NCBI GenBank assembly: GCA_051654725.1 | Contig: JBOFYP010000073.1 | Location: 4,199 to 68,198 of the forward strand | DNA: 64,000 bases | From: Cetobacterium sp. | GTDB lineage: Bacteria; Fusobacteriota; Fusobacteriia; Fusobacteriales; Fusobacteriaceae | Direction of reading: 5' to 3' | Program-made: the position numbers and the translations under genes | Shown: piece by piece, positions 28,035-38,385 of the stretch | Layout: each line of letters opens with the position of its first letter | Numbering within the stretch: position 1 is the first letter of the stretch | Notes under the pieces: model-generated | Databases searched by the model: none | Told to the model about the DNA's origin: nothing | What the model saw: only the letters and a program-made list of their open reading frames with translations

Positions 28035-29045
28035 TTGAAAATATTAATTATACATACAGCTTTTATAGGAGATATAGTTTTATCAACACCTTTATTAAAA
28101 AGAATAAAAGAAATCTATCCTGATTCAAAAATTACTTATGTAACAACTCCAGTAGGAGCTAGTATTTTAAGAAATAATCAACATTTAAATGAAATAATAG
28201 AGTATGATAAAAGAGGAAGTCATTCTGGAGTTAAAGGTCTTATAGGTTTAGGAAGAAGATTAAGATATGAAAACTTCAACATAGTATTAACGCCACATAG
28301 ATATCTACGTAGTTCAATTTTATCTTGGTTAACAAGATCACCAAAAAGAATAGGTTACAGTAATGCGAGTGGTGCATTCTTATTTACGGATAAAATAAAA
28401 TATGCTAAAGAAAAACATGAAGTAGAAAAATTAATATCTTTTTTTGAGGATTCAGAGAAGGATATTAGAAAAAATTATCCAATAGAGTTATATCAAAGTC
28501 AAAAAGATATTGAAAAAATTGAAAAAATTTGGATAGATAATAACTTAATTGGTAAAGATGTAGTTGCAGTGGCACCAGGAAGTAAATGGTTTACTAAAAA
28601 ATGGCCGTTGGAGTATTTTAATAACGTTATAGATTTGTTGATGGAAAATGGTAGAAAAGTAGTGGTTATAGGTGGAAAAGATGAGTTGTTTTTAAATATT
28701 CATATTCCTAAAGGAGTTGTAGATTTAAGAGATAAAACGAGTCTTTTAGAATTAGCAGAAGTGTTAAAAAGATCAAAAGTTGTATTAACAAATGATTCTT
28801 CTCCAATTCATATAGCTTCAGCATTTCCCGAAACAAGTATTATTGCATTGTTTGGACCTACAGTAAAAGAGTTTGGGTTTTTTCCTTGGAGCGAAAATAG
28901 TGAAGTTTTAGAAATCGAAGGATTATCATGTAGACCATGTTCAATTCATGGCGGAAATAAATGCCCAAAAGGTCATTTTAAATGTATGTTAGAAATAAAA
29001 CCAGAATTAGCTTATACAAAAATTATAGAAAAGTTAAAGAGGTGA
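28035..29045 (+). CDS. GT9 LPS heptosyltransferase (WaaF-like)
   Basis: FIGDIVLSTP, APGSKW.TKKWP, NDSSPIHIASA, FGPT, CRPC...CP..HFKCM. TTG start. Confidence 0.85.
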   Translation: MKILIIHTAFIGDIVLSTPLLKRIKEIYPDSKITYVTTPVGASILRNNQHLNEIIEYDKRGSHSGVKGLIGLGRRLRYENFNIVLTPHRYLRSSILSWLTRSPKRIGYSNASGAFLFTDKIKYAKEKHEVEKLISFFEDSEKDIRKNYPIELYQSQKDIEKIEKIWIDNNLIGKDVVAVAPGSKWFTKKWPLEYFNNVIDLLMENGRKVVVIGGKDELFLNIHIPKGVVDLRDKTSLLELAEVLKRSKVVLTNDSSPIHIASAFPETSIIALFGPTVKEFGFFPWSENSEVLEIEGLSCRPCSIHGGNKCPKGHFKCMLEIKPELAYTKIIEKLKR

Positions 29046-29047
29046 TT

Positions 29048-29719
29048 ATGGAAAAAGTAGTTTGTAATCAATGTTTAGATTTTACATTACCAAATAGAAT
29101 AAAAAATAAAGACTATAAGTTATTAAAAGTATTAAAAGATGATAATAGAAGCTATGTTATTCTTTTAGAAATTGAAGATCAACAATATGTGTATAAAATT
29201 CCAAAAGAAAAAAATCTTAAAAAATGGCAAAGATTAATCTCTTTATTTAGAGGTAGTGAAAGTAAAAGAGAATATGAAAATTATTTTAGGATATTAGAAA
29301 ATGGTTTTAATGGACCTAAACCAATTATGTATTGGGAAAAAAAAGTTTTTGGAATGAGCTTTGATTCATTTTTAGTAACCTCTTTTATAAATGGAAAATC
29401 AGCAAAATTAGAAAATTTAGATTTAGTGAATGAAGAGTTAAAAAAAATTCATGGAAAAGGATTTTTACACGGAGATTCACAGTTAGATAATTTTTTGATA
29501 TCAGAAGACAAATTATTTTTAGTAGATGCAAAATTAAGTACGAATAAATATGGAAAAATAGGTGAAGCCTATGAATTTATATATTTAGAAGAAAGTTGTC
29601 ATGAAGAGATAGATATTTATGATAAAGAAACTAAAAGTTATAAAATAGCAAAAGCTTTAAATAGCTATTTACATTGGCTAGGAACAATAAAAAAAGTAAT
29701 ACGAAGAAAGGGAAAATAA
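29048..29719 (+). CDS. LPS core heptose kinase (WaaY/RfaY-like)
   Basis: VYKIP, LHGD....NF, LVD kinase motifs. ATG 29048 follows GAGGTGA. Lies in the LPS cluster. Confidence 0.75.
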   Translation: MEKVVCNQCLDFTLPNRIKNKDYKLLKVLKDDNRSYVILLEIEDQQYVYKIPKEKNLKKWQRLISLFRGSESKREYENYFRILENGFNGPKPIMYWEKKVFGMSFDSFLVTSFINGKSAKLENLDLVNEELKKIHGKGFLHGDSQLDNFLISEDKLFLVDAKLSTNKYGKIGEAYEFIYLEESCHEEIDIYDKETKSYKIAKALNSYLHWLGTIKKVIRRKGK

Positions 29720-29720
29720 A

Positions 29721-30719
29721 TTGAGAGTTTTAATTATAAGACTGAGTTCGATAGGAGATGTAATATTAACAACTCCTGTACTAAAAGAGTTAAAGAAAAA
29801 TTATCCAGAAGTAGTAATAGATTTTTTAGTTATGGAAAACTTTAAAGATTCTATTTTAGATTGTCCTTATGTAGATAATCTAATCTTATTTAACAAAAAA
29901 AAGCATGACGGATTTAAAAATATGTTGGAATTTGGAAGAGAGTTAAGAAATAATAACTATGACTATGTCTTTGATTTACATTCTAAAGTTAGATCAAAAA
30001 TTATAAGTAGTGCAATAGGAGCTAAAACTTTTAAATATAAAAAAAGAGGTCTTCTTAAAACACTTTTAGTAAAAATGAAAGCTATTAAATATAAAGTGGA
30101 TAATACGATAGTAAAAAATTACTTTGGAGCATTTAAAATATTAAATTTAAACTATAAAGGCGAAGATTTAACTTTCACATTTAAAAATGAAGATTTAGAA
30201 AAAATAAAAACATTGTGTATAGATTACGAAAACGTACCAATGATTGCACCAGGTGCTTCAAAGGAAACTAAAAAATGGACAAAAGAAGAGTTTGCACAAT
30301 TATCAAAATTACTCTATAATAAATATGGAAAGAAACCAATTATAATTGGTTCTAATAGTGAATATGAGATGTGTGAAAGTATAAAAAAACTTAGTGGAGA
30401 AGTAGCTATAAATTTAGCTGGCAAATTGAGCCTTAAAGAGAGTGGAGCTTTACTTTCAAAAGCTAGTTTTTTAGTAACTAATGACTCAGGGCCTTTTCAT
30501 ATTGCTAGAGGGGTTAAATGTCCTACATTTGTTATTTTTGGACCAACAAGTCCAGAGATGTTTGAGTATGATGAAAATAATAAATTGATTTATTTGAATG
30601 AACCTTGTTCACCTTGTAGTTTACATGGTGATAAAGTTTGCCCTCAAAAACATTTTAATTGTATGAAAAAATTAAGTGCAGAAAGGGTAATGCAAATAAT
30701 AGATGAAAGTGGGAGGTAA
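29721..30719 (+). CDS. GT9 LPS heptosyltransferase
   Basis: IRLSSIGDVILTTP, APGAS..TKKW, NDSGPFHIA, FGPT, CSPC...CP..HFNCM. TTG start. Confidence 0.88.
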   Translation: MRVLIIRLSSIGDVILTTPVLKELKKNYPEVVIDFLVMENFKDSILDCPYVDNLILFNKKKHDGFKNMLEFGRELRNNNYDYVFDLHSKVRSKIISSAIGAKTFKYKKRGLLKTLLVKMKAIKYKVDNTIVKNYFGAFKILNLNYKGEDLTFTFKNEDLEKIKTLCIDYENVPMIAPGASKETKKWTKEEFAQLSKLLYNKYGKKPIIIGSNSEYEMCESIKKLSGEVAINLAGKLSLKESGALLSKASFLVTNDSGPFHIARGVKCPTFVIFGPTSPEMFEYDENNKLIYLNEPCSPCSLHGDKVCPQKHFNCMKKLSAERVMQIIDESGR

Positions 30720-30725
30720 ATTATT

Positions 30726-31802
30726 ATGGCAAAGAAAACAGTTGAAATTGCAACAGATAAGTCAAAAGCTTTAGAAACAGCATTAAAGCAGATTAGAAAA
30801 GATTTTGGTGAAGGATCTATAATGAAACTTGGTGAGAATCAAGGAATGAATATCGAAGTTATTCCAACAGGAAGTATAAACTTAGATTTAGCTCTTGGAA
30901 TAGGTGGAGTACCTAGAGGAAGAATATTAGAAGTTTATGGTGCTGAAAGTTCTGGAAAAACAACAATAGCTTTACATATAGTTGCACAAGCACAAAAAAT
31001 GGGTGGTGTAGCAGCATTTATAGATGCTGAACATGCATTGGATCCTGTTTATGCAAAAGCATTAGGTGTAGATGTAGATGAGTTATTAATATCTCAACCT
31101 GATTTCGGAGAGCAAGCTTTAGAGATTGCAGATATGCTTGTAAGATCTGGAGCTATCGATATAATTGTAGTCGATTCAGTAGCAGCATTAGTTCCAAAAG
31201 CAGAGATAGATGGAGAGATGTCAGATCAGCAAATGGGACTTCAAGCAAGATTGATGTCAAAAGCATTAAGAAAATTAACGGCATCTATAAATAAATCTAA
31301 AACAACAATGATATTTATAAATCAAGTTAGAGATAAAATTGGTGGATTCAGTTTTGGTCCTCAAACAACAACAACAGGTGGAAAAGCTCTGAAATTCTAT
31401 TCTTCTGTAAGATTAGAAGTTAAAAGAATTGGAAGTGTAAAACAAGGTGAAGAGATGATAGGTAACGAAACTGTGGTTAAAGTTACTAAAAATAAAGTAG
31501 CCCCTCCATTTAGAGAAGCTAAATTCCAAATTATGTATGGTAAAGGTATATCTAGAGTTGGAGAGATAATGGATATGGCTTTAGACAATGATATAGTTGC
31601 AAAATCAGGAGCTTGGTTTAGTTTTGGAGATATTAGATTAGGTCAAGGAAAAGAAAACGTAAAAGCTAGATTGGAAACTGAACCAGAATTATTAGCAGCA
31701 ATTGAAGAAAAAGTTATGCAACTTTTAGAAAAAAATAAGCCTGTTATTCATTCTGCTGAGGAAGAGGAGATAGATGAAACTGAAGAGATTGGTGAAGAAT
31801 AA
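30726..31802 (+). CDS. recA: Recombinase A
   Basis: [43 protein letters not shown]. Confidence 0.99.
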   Translation: MAKKTVEIATDKSKALETALKQIRKDFGEGSIMKLGENQGMNIEVIPTGSINLDLALGIGGVPRGRILEVYGAESSGKTTIALHIVAQAQKMGGVAAFIDAEHALDPVYAKALGVDVDELLISQPDFGEQALEIADMLVRSGAIDIIVVDSVAALVPKAEIDGEMSDQQMGLQARLMSKALRKLTASINKSKTTMIFINQVRDKIGGFSFGPQTTTTGGKALKFYSSVRLEVKRIGSVKQGEEMIGNETVVKVTKNKVAPPFREAKFQIMYGKGISRVGEIMDMALDNDIVAKSGAWFSFGDIRLGQGKENVKARLETEPELLAAIEEKVMQLLEKNKPVIHSAEEEEIDETEEIGEE

Positions 31803-32334
31803 TTATCTCTTTGAAAATGGTTTGAACATTGGTTTGAACAATGAAATAGTAAATGAATATGATTTAAAAAAGAGAGAGGAGCTAACTCACGAAGAATACT
31901 TAAAAGTGTTGGAGTTAGCTGCTCTCTCTACTTCATTTTATTATTTATCTAAGAGAGATTATACAAAAAAAGAGATACATACTAAACTATTACAAAAATA
32001 TTGGGAAAAACTTCCAGTATTAAAAGTGGTAAAAAAATTAGAAACTCTTCAATATATAGACGATTTAGAGTATGCAAAAACATATATCAAAACTAAAAAA
32101 GGTTCTAGAAAAAAGATAGAGTATGATTTAAGATTAAAAGGGATTACGTCTGAAATACTAAGTGAAGTTTTATCTTTATATGATGAAGGCGAAGAGTTAG
32201 AAGAGTTAGCAAAAGCTTGGGATAAACTTCGTGGAAGAGATGAGCAAAAAAAAATAGCTTCCTTGATGCGTAAAGGATACTCTTATGGAAATATCAAAAA
32301 AATTATGAATCAAAAGCAGGAGGAAGAATGTTAA
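31774..32334 (+). CDS. recX: RecA regulator RecX
   Basis: Overlaps the recA end. [28 protein letters not shown]. Confidence 0.85.
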   Translation: MKLKRLVKNNYLFENGLNIGLNNEIVNEYDLKKREELTHEEYLKVLELAALSTSFYYLSKRDYTKKEIHTKLLQKYWEKLPVLKVVKKLETLQYIDDLEYAKTYIKTKKGSRKKIEYDLRLKGITSEILSEVLSLYDEGEELEELAKAWDKLRGRDEQKKIASLMRKGYSYGNIKKIMNQKQEEEC

Positions 32335-33053
32335 CACTTTTAAAAGTTACATTAGTAGGGATATTTAACTTTATATATATAACCTTATTTAAAGCAGGAA
32401 AAATAAAAAAAATGTCTACTGAAAAAGCTCCTTTAGAAGCTAGAAAAATACTAAGAGAATTATCAAAAGAATTAGTAAAAGCTGCTAAAATAGATTTAGA
32501 AATTATCTATTTAGATGAAAAAGCTTATCGAAAATTAAAAAGAGAAGATGGAATAGTTATTGTTTCTAACCATGAAAGTAATTTAGATATACCTGTACTA
32601 GTTACTGCACTTGATATTCCACTTGGATTTGTAGCAAAAAAAGAGATGGAAAATTGGCCGTTTTATTCAATGTGGATGAAAATGAGTAAGTGTATATTCT
32701 TAGATAGATCAAATCCGAGAGAGGGAATAAAGAGTATTAGAAAAGCTGTAGAGGTAGTTAAAGCTGGTTATCCTACAGTAATTTTTCCAGAAGGAGAGAG
32801 AAGTTTAACAGGAGAAATAGGAAGTTTTAAAAAAGGAAGTTTTAAATTAGCCACAGAAACAAATGGATTTGTTCTTCCAGTAACAATTGATGGAACTTTT
32901 TTTGTTCAAAATAGAAAAAACATATCAATAAATCCAAATCAAAAAGTACGTATAACTGTAGGAAAACCGATAGATTTGAAAAGAATTAATAGTGAAAACA
33001 ATAAAAAATTGAATGAAATTGTTCAAGAGTTGGTTAAAGCACAAAAAAAGTAA
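32328..33053 (+). CDS. plsC: 1-acyl-sn-glycerol-3-phosphate acyltransferase
   Basis: NHESNLD (HX4D), FVAKKE, FLDR, FPEG.RS. Confidence 0.9.
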   Translation: MLTLLKVTLVGIFNFIYITLFKAGKIKKMSTEKAPLEARKILRELSKELVKAAKIDLEIIYLDEKAYRKLKREDGIVIVSNHESNLDIPVLVTALDIPLGFVAKKEMENWPFYSMWMKMSKCIFLDRSNPREGIKSIRKAVEVVKAGYPTVIFPEGERSLTGEIGSFKKGSFKLATETNGFVLPVTIDGTFFVQNRKNISINPNQKVRITVGKPIDLKRINSENNKKLNEIVQELVKAQKK

Positions 33054-33117
33054 AATAAAAGTCAACTAATAACCACTAAATTAGTATAAAATTAATCGTT
33101 AAAAACTCTGGAAAAGT

Positions 33118-33146
33118 TTGACACTAGTTATTATTTGTGTTATAAT
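33118..33146 (+). promoter_or_regulatory. Consensus sigma70 promoter of pflBA
   Basis: TTGACA-17 nt-TATAAT with a TGn extension (perfect consensus). Confidence 0.85.
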
Positions 33147-33237
33147 TTCCTTGAAAATGAAGTTGAGCTTAACAAAGCTTTGACTAAAAATATAATTGGG
33201 ATATATGAAAAATATAATCCATTCAGGAGGAAAAAAG

Positions 33238-35478
33238 ATGGAAAACTTACAATCTTACTGGTCAGAATTCAAAGGGAACTTATGGAAGAAAGAGATTAAC
33301 GTTAGAGATTTCATTCAGAATAACTACACACCTTTCACTGGTGACGAAGCATTCTTAACAGGAGCTACTGATAATACAAAAGCTGTTTGGTCAACATTAA
33401 CAGAAATGTTCAAAGTAGAGATTGAAAAGGGAGTTTATGATGCAGAAACTAGAACTCCACAAGCAATTGATACTTACGGACCTGGATACATTTCAAAAGA
33501 AAATGAATCAATCGTAGGACTTCAAACAGATGCTCCATTAAAAAGAGGAATCTATCCAAAAGGTGGATTAAGAATGGTTGAAAACTCTCTTAATGCATAC
33601 GGATATGAAATTGATCCAATAACAAAAGAAATATTCTCAAGATATAGAAAAACTCATAACGAAGGAGTATTCTCAGCTTATACAGAAGATATGATGGCTG
33701 TTAGAAGATCTGGAATTGTAACTGGTTTACCAGATGCATACGGAAGAGGAAGAATAATAGGAGACTACAGAAGAGTAGCTCTATACGGAGTAGAAAGATT
33801 AATCCAAGAGAGAAAAACGGATTTAAAGAACTCTGAAGCACCAGAATTAACAGAAGAAATCATCAGAAAAAGAGAAGAAATTACTGAGCAAATCAATGCT
33901 TTAAAAGTATTCGTAAAAATGTGTGCTTCTTACGGATTTGACGTAACTAAGCCAGCATCAAACGCTAAAGAAGCTGTACAATGGGTATACTTTGCATACT
34001 TAGCAGCTACAAAAGATCAAGATGGAGCAGCGATGTCAGTTGGAAGAACTGCTACATTCTTAGACATCTTTATCGAGAAAGATATTGCAGCTGGAATCTT
34101 AACTGAAACTGAAGCTCAAGACTTAATCGACCAATTCATCATCAAATTAAGAATAATCAGATTCTTAAGAACTCCAGAGTACAATGATTTATTCTCAGGA
34201 GATCCTACTTGGGTAACTGAAGCTTTAGGAGGAGAAGGTGTTGATGGAAGAACTTTAGTAACTAGAACTTCATTCAGATACTTAAATACTCTTTACAACT
34301 TAGGTCCAGCTCCAGAGCCAAACTTAACAGTATTATGGTCACAAAAATCTCCAGAAAGCTGGAAGAATTTCTGTGCAAAAGTTTCAATAGATACATCTGC
34401 TATCCAATATGAGAATGATGATTTAATGAGACCTGACTTAGGTGACGATTATGGAATCGCTTGTTGCGTATCTCCAATGAAAATAGGAAAGCAAATGCAA
34501 TTCTTCGGAGCTAGAGTAAACTTACCAAAAGCTTTATTATATGTAATTAACGGAGGAAGAGATGAGAAGTCAGGAGCACAAGTTGCACCTAAATTCGAAG
34601 GAATCACTTCTGAGTACTTAGATTTCAATGAAGTTATGGAAAAATATGATGCAATGCTTAAATGGCTAGCTGGAGTATATATTAACGCTCTTAAAGTTAT
34701 CCACTACATGCATGATAAGTATTCTTATGAGGCATTCGAAATGTCACTTCATGATGTTGATGTTTTAAGAACTCAAGCATCAGGAATTGCTGGATTATCT
34801 ATCGTTGCTGACTCATTAGCAGCTATTAGAGATGCAAAAGTAAAAGTAATCAGAGACGAAAGAGGAATCGCTGTTGACTTCGTAAGAGAAGGAGAATATG
34901 TAGCATTCGGAAATAACGATGACAATACAGATAAATTAGCTGTTGAAATTATGGAAAAATTCATGAACTACATCAGAACTCATGATACTTACAGAAATTC
35001 AAAAGCAACTCAATCTATCTTAACAATAACTTCAAACGTAGTTTATGGAAAGAAAACTGGAACAACTCCTTGTGGAAGAGCAGCAGGAACTCCATTCTCT
35101 CCAGGAGCTAACCCAATGAACGGAAGAGATAAGAGAGGAGCTGTAGCAGCACTTGCTTCAGTTGCTAAATTACCATTCCACCATGCAGAAGATGGAATTT
35201 CTTACACATTCGCTATCACTCCAGGAGCTTTAGGAAAATCTAGAGAAGAAAGAGTAGAGAACTTAGTAGGATTAATGGATGGATACTTTACAATGGATGG
35301 TGGACAACACTTAAACGTTAACGTATTCGATAAGGCTTTATTAGAGGATGCAATGGCAAATCCTGAGAAGTACCCTCAATTAACAATCAGAGTTTCTGGA
35401 TACGCAGTTAACTTCGTAAGATTAACAAAAGAGCAACAATTAGACGTTATATCAAGAACGATAAACGGAAATATGTAA
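33238..35478 (+). CDS. pflB: Pyruvate formate-lyase
   Basis: [23 protein letters not shown] active-site Cys pair, RVSGYAV glycyl-radical motif. ATG 33238 follows AGGAGG. Confidence 0.98.
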   Translation: MENLQSYWSEFKGNLWKKEINVRDFIQNNYTPFTGDEAFLTGATDNTKAVWSTLTEMFKVEIEKGVYDAETRTPQAIDTYGPGYISKENESIVGLQTDAPLKRGIYPKGGLRMVENSLNAYGYEIDPITKEIFSRYRKTHNEGVFSAYTEDMMAVRRSGIVTGLPDAYGRGRIIGDYRRVALYGVERLIQERKTDLKNSEAPELTEEIIRKREEITEQINALKVFVKMCASYGFDVTKPASNAKEAVQWVYFAYLAATKDQDGAAMSVGRTATFLDIFIEKDIAAGILTETEAQDLIDQFIIKLRIIRFLRTPEYNDLFSGDPTWVTEALGGEGVDGRTLVTRTSFRYLNTLYNLGPAPEPNLTVLWSQKSPESWKNFCAKVSIDTSAIQYENDDLMRPDLGDDYGIACCVSPMKIGKQMQFFGARVNLPKALLYVINGGRDEKSGAQVAPKFEGITSEYLDFNEVMEKYDAMLKWLAGVYINALKVIHYMHDKYSYEAFEMSLHDVDVLRTQASGIAGLSIVADSLAAIRDAKVKVIRDERGIAVDFVREGEYVAFGNNDDNTDKLAVEIMEKFMNYIRTHDTYRNSKATQSILTITSNVVYGKKTGTTPCGRAAGTPFSPGANPMNGRDKRGAVAALASVAKLPFHHAEDGISYTFAITPGALGKSREERVENLVGLMDGYFTMDGGQHLNVNVFDKALLEDAMANPEKYPQLTIRVSGYAVNFVRLTKEQQLDVISRTINGNM

Positions 35479-35500
35479 TAATAAAAGGATGTGCTAAGAA

Positions 35501-36226
35501 ATGAAAAAGGGATTTATTCACTCACATGAGAGTTTTGGAACTGTAGATGGACCTGGTATCAGATATGTTGTATTTACTCAAGGTTGCCCTTTGAGATGTA
35601 AGTATTGTCATAATTGTGATACTTGGAAAAAAGAAGATGCAAAATCTTTAGAGACTCCTGAAGAAACTTTCTTAGAAATCTGTAAATATAAAAACTTTAT
35701 AAAAAAAGGCGGAGTAACGATCACTGGTGGTGATCCGTTAACTCAGCCTGAATATGTAAAAGAACTATTAAGACTTTGTAAAAAAGAGGGAATACATACT
35801 GCAATAGATACATCTGGTTACTTATTTAATGATAAAGTTAAAGAAGCATTAGAGTATGCAGATTTAGTACTTCTAGATATAAAATCAATAGATCCAATAC
35901 AGTATAAAGAGTTGACTGGTGTTGAGTTAGAACCTACTTTACAATTTGCAAATTATTTAAAGGAGATTGGAAAACCAATGTGGGTAAGACATGTTGTTGT
36001 TCCTGGAATCACTGATAATGATGAGTTATTAGAGAAATTAGCCGACTATTTAAAAGATTTCAATAATCTTGAAAAAGTAGAAGTTTTACCATATCACTCT
36101 TTAGGAGAGTATAAATGGCAAAAGATAGGCTTAGAGTATCCTTTAAAAGGCGTTGAACAACTTTCAGCTGAAAGATTCCAAAACGCTAAAAACATATTCC
36201 AAAGTAGAGGATTGTCAGTTAAATAA
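35501..36226 (+). CDS. pflA: PFL-activating enzyme (radical SAM)
   Basis: GTVDGPGIR, CPLRCKYCHN, LPYH.LG. Confidence 0.97.
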   Translation: MKKGFIHSHESFGTVDGPGIRYVVFTQGCPLRCKYCHNCDTWKKEDAKSLETPEETFLEICKYKNFIKKGGVTITGGDPLTQPEYVKELLRLCKKEGIHTAIDTSGYLFNDKVKEALEYADLVLLDIKSIDPIQYKELTGVELEPTLQFANYLKEIGKPMWVRHVVVPGITDNDELLEKLADYLKDFNNLEKVEVLPYHSLGEYKWQKIGLEYPLKGVEQLSAERFQNAKNIFQSRGLSVK

Positions 36227-36235
36227 TGAAGTTTT

Positions 36236-36274
36236 GACTACCTTAGAACAAAAAAGTTCTAAGGTAGTTTTTTT
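36236..36274 (+). terminator. Intrinsic terminator of pflBA
   Basis: gactaccttagaac-aaaaaa-gttctaaggtagtt followed by a T run. Confidence 0.92.
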
Positions 36275-36328
36275 ATATATTTTAATGAAAAATATGGTAT
36301 AATTAAAGAAAAAATAAGGAGAATAAAC

Positions 36329-37339
36329 ATGATAATATTAGGAATAGAAACATCTTGTGATGAAACATCAATAGCTGTATTGAAAGATGGAAAAGAAGTT
36401 TTATCTAATAACATCTCTTCTCAAATAGATATACACAAAGAGTATGGAGGAGTAGTTCCAGAAATAGCATCTAGACATCACATAAAAAATATAGCAACAA
36501 TATTAGAAGAGAGTTTAGAAGAAGCTAAAATAACTATGGATGATGTAGATTATATAGCAGTTACTTATGCTCCTGGTCTTATTGGAGCATTACTTGTTGG
36601 TATTTCATTTGCTAAAGGGTTATCTTACGGGCATGATATACCTCTAATACCAGTTCATCATATAAAAGCTCATATATATGGTAATTTTATTGAGCATGAC
36701 ATAGAGCTACCTTGTATAGCACTTGTTGTATCGGGTGGTCATACAAATATAATCTATATAGATAAAGAGCATAATTTTATAAATTTAGGAGCAACTTTAG
36801 ATGATGCTGTTGGAGAAAGTTATGATAAGGTAGCAAGAGTTATGGGAATAGGATATCCAGGTGGACCAATAGTAGATAAGTTATATTATAAAGGAAATAA
36901 AAATGCTCTGAAAATTCCAGAGCCAAAAGTAGACGGTTATAATTTTAGTTTCTCAGGAATAAAAACTTCTGTAATAAATGCAGTTAACAAAGCAAGAATG
37001 AAGGGTGAAGAGTTTAAACCAGAGGATTTATCTGCTGCATTCCAAGATAGAGTCGTAGATATACTTTGTAAAAAAACTTTAAAAGCTGTTCAAGATAAAG
37101 GTGTTAAGCAAGTTGTTATAGCAGGTGGAGTAGCAGCAAATTCATTACTTAGAACAGAGTTAACAAGAAGAGGTAATGAGCTAGGAATTAAAGTTAATTA
37201 TCCATCAATGAATTACTGTACAGATAATGCAGCTATGATAGCAGAAGCGGCTTATTACAAATTAAAGTATGCCAAAGAGAATGTTTTTGCAGATTTAAGT
37301 TTAAATGGAAAAGCTACATTAGATATAATGAAAGATTAG
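36329..37339 (+). CDS. tsaD: tRNA N6-adenosine threonylcarbamoyltransferase
   Basis: GIETSCDETS, GGVVPEIASR.H, HHIKAH, SGGHT, FSFSGIKT, CTDNAAMI. Confidence 0.98.
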   Translation: MIILGIETSCDETSIAVLKDGKEVLSNNISSQIDIHKEYGGVVPEIASRHHIKNIATILEESLEEAKITMDDVDYIAVTYAPGLIGALLVGISFAKGLSYGHDIPLIPVHHIKAHIYGNFIEHDIELPCIALVVSGGHTNIIYIDKEHNFINLGATLDDAVGESYDKVARVMGIGYPGGPIVDKLYYKGNKNALKIPEPKVDGYNFSFSGIKTSVINAVNKARMKGEEFKPEDLSAAFQDRVVDILCKKTLKAVQDKGVKQVVIAGGVAANSLLRTELTRRGNELGIKVNYPSMNYCTDNAAMIAEAAYYKLKYAKENVFADLSLNGKATLDIMKD

Positions 37340-37343
37340 CCAC

Positions 37344-37367
37344 TACCCCAAACCTTTGGGGTATTTT
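37344..37367 (+). terminator. Intrinsic terminator after tsaD
   Basis: taccccaaa-cc-tttggggta followed by tttt. Confidence 0.65.
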
Positions 37368-37370
37368 AAA

Positions 37371-37399
37371 TTGAAAAACAGTTGAAAATATGGTAAAAT
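37371..37399 (+). promoter_or_regulatory. Promoter upstream of dusB
   Basis: TTGAAA-17 nt-TAAAAT with a TGn extension. Confidence 0.6.
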
Positions 37400-37432
37400 T
37401 TTTTGATAACAAAATGTTATTTTGGAGGTAAA

Positions 37433-38368
37433 ATGAAAATATATATTGCTCCATTAGCGGGCGTTACTGATTATACATTTAGAGGGATTTTAAAAGAGTA
37501 TGAACCAGATTTAATGTTTACTGAGATGGTTAGCATTAATGCTTTAGAGATGGAAAATGAAAAGACATTAAATCAAATTTTAAAAATTAGAGATGGAGAA
37601 GCTGTTCAAATCTTTGGAAGAGACGTTGAGAAAATGGTTCATAGTGCGAAGTATATAACAGAAAAATTAGGTGTTAAACATATAGATGTAAATGCAGGAT
37701 GTCCTGTAAATAAGATAATAAAAAATGGTTACGGAGCGGCTTTATTAGAAGATCCTGATCAAATCAAAAGAATATTGAGTGAAATAAGGTCTAATATAGC
37801 TGACGACGTTGATTTGTCTTTAAAAACAAGAGTAGGATATAAAGGACTAAAACAACATAGATTAGTAGGACAAATAGCACAAGAAACAGGATGTAAGCAC
37901 ATAACAATACATGGAAGAACAAGAGAGCAAATGTATAGTGGAACTGCAGATTGGGATTTAATAAAAGAGGTTAAAGAGAGTGTTGATATAGAAGTTATTG
38001 GAAACGGAGATATTTTTACTGCTGAAGATGCTTATGAAAAAGTAAAACATTCAGGTGTTGACGGAATAATGTTAGCTAGAGGTATTTGTGGAAATCCGTG
38101 GCTAATTAAACAGATAAAAGAAAAATTTGAAACTGGAGAGGTTGAAACTATTTTAACTCCAGAGATGAGATTAGATATGGCTATGAAGCATACACTCGAA
38201 GCTAAATTAGATAATCCAAATAAAAAATTCTTATTCGAATTAAGAAAACATCTATGTTGGTACTTAAAAGGAATAAGAAACGGCGGATTTTTAAAAGGAG
38301 CTATAAATCAGATTGACGATTATGATGAGTTAATAAGATTATTACAAGCAGCAAAAGAAAATTTATAG
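37433..38368 (+). CDS. dusB: tRNA-dihydrouridine synthase
   Basis: APLAGVTD, N.GCP, HGRT, GNGDI. ATG 37433 follows GGAGGT. Confidence 0.9.
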   Translation: MKIYIAPLAGVTDYTFRGILKEYEPDLMFTEMVSINALEMENEKTLNQILKIRDGEAVQIFGRDVEKMVHSAKYITEKLGVKHIDVNAGCPVNKIIKNGYGAALLEDPDQIKRILSEIRSNIADDVDLSLKTRVGYKGLKQHRLVGQIAQETGCKHITIHGRTREQMYSGTADWDLIKEVKESVDIEVIGNGDIFTAEDAYEKVKHSGVDGIMLARGICGNPWLIKQIKEKFETGEVETILTPEMRLDMAMKHTLEAKLDNPNKKFLFELRKHLCWYLKGIRNGGFLKGAINQIDDYDELIRLLQAAKENL

Positions 38369-38385
38369 ATTAAGGAGATGGTTTT

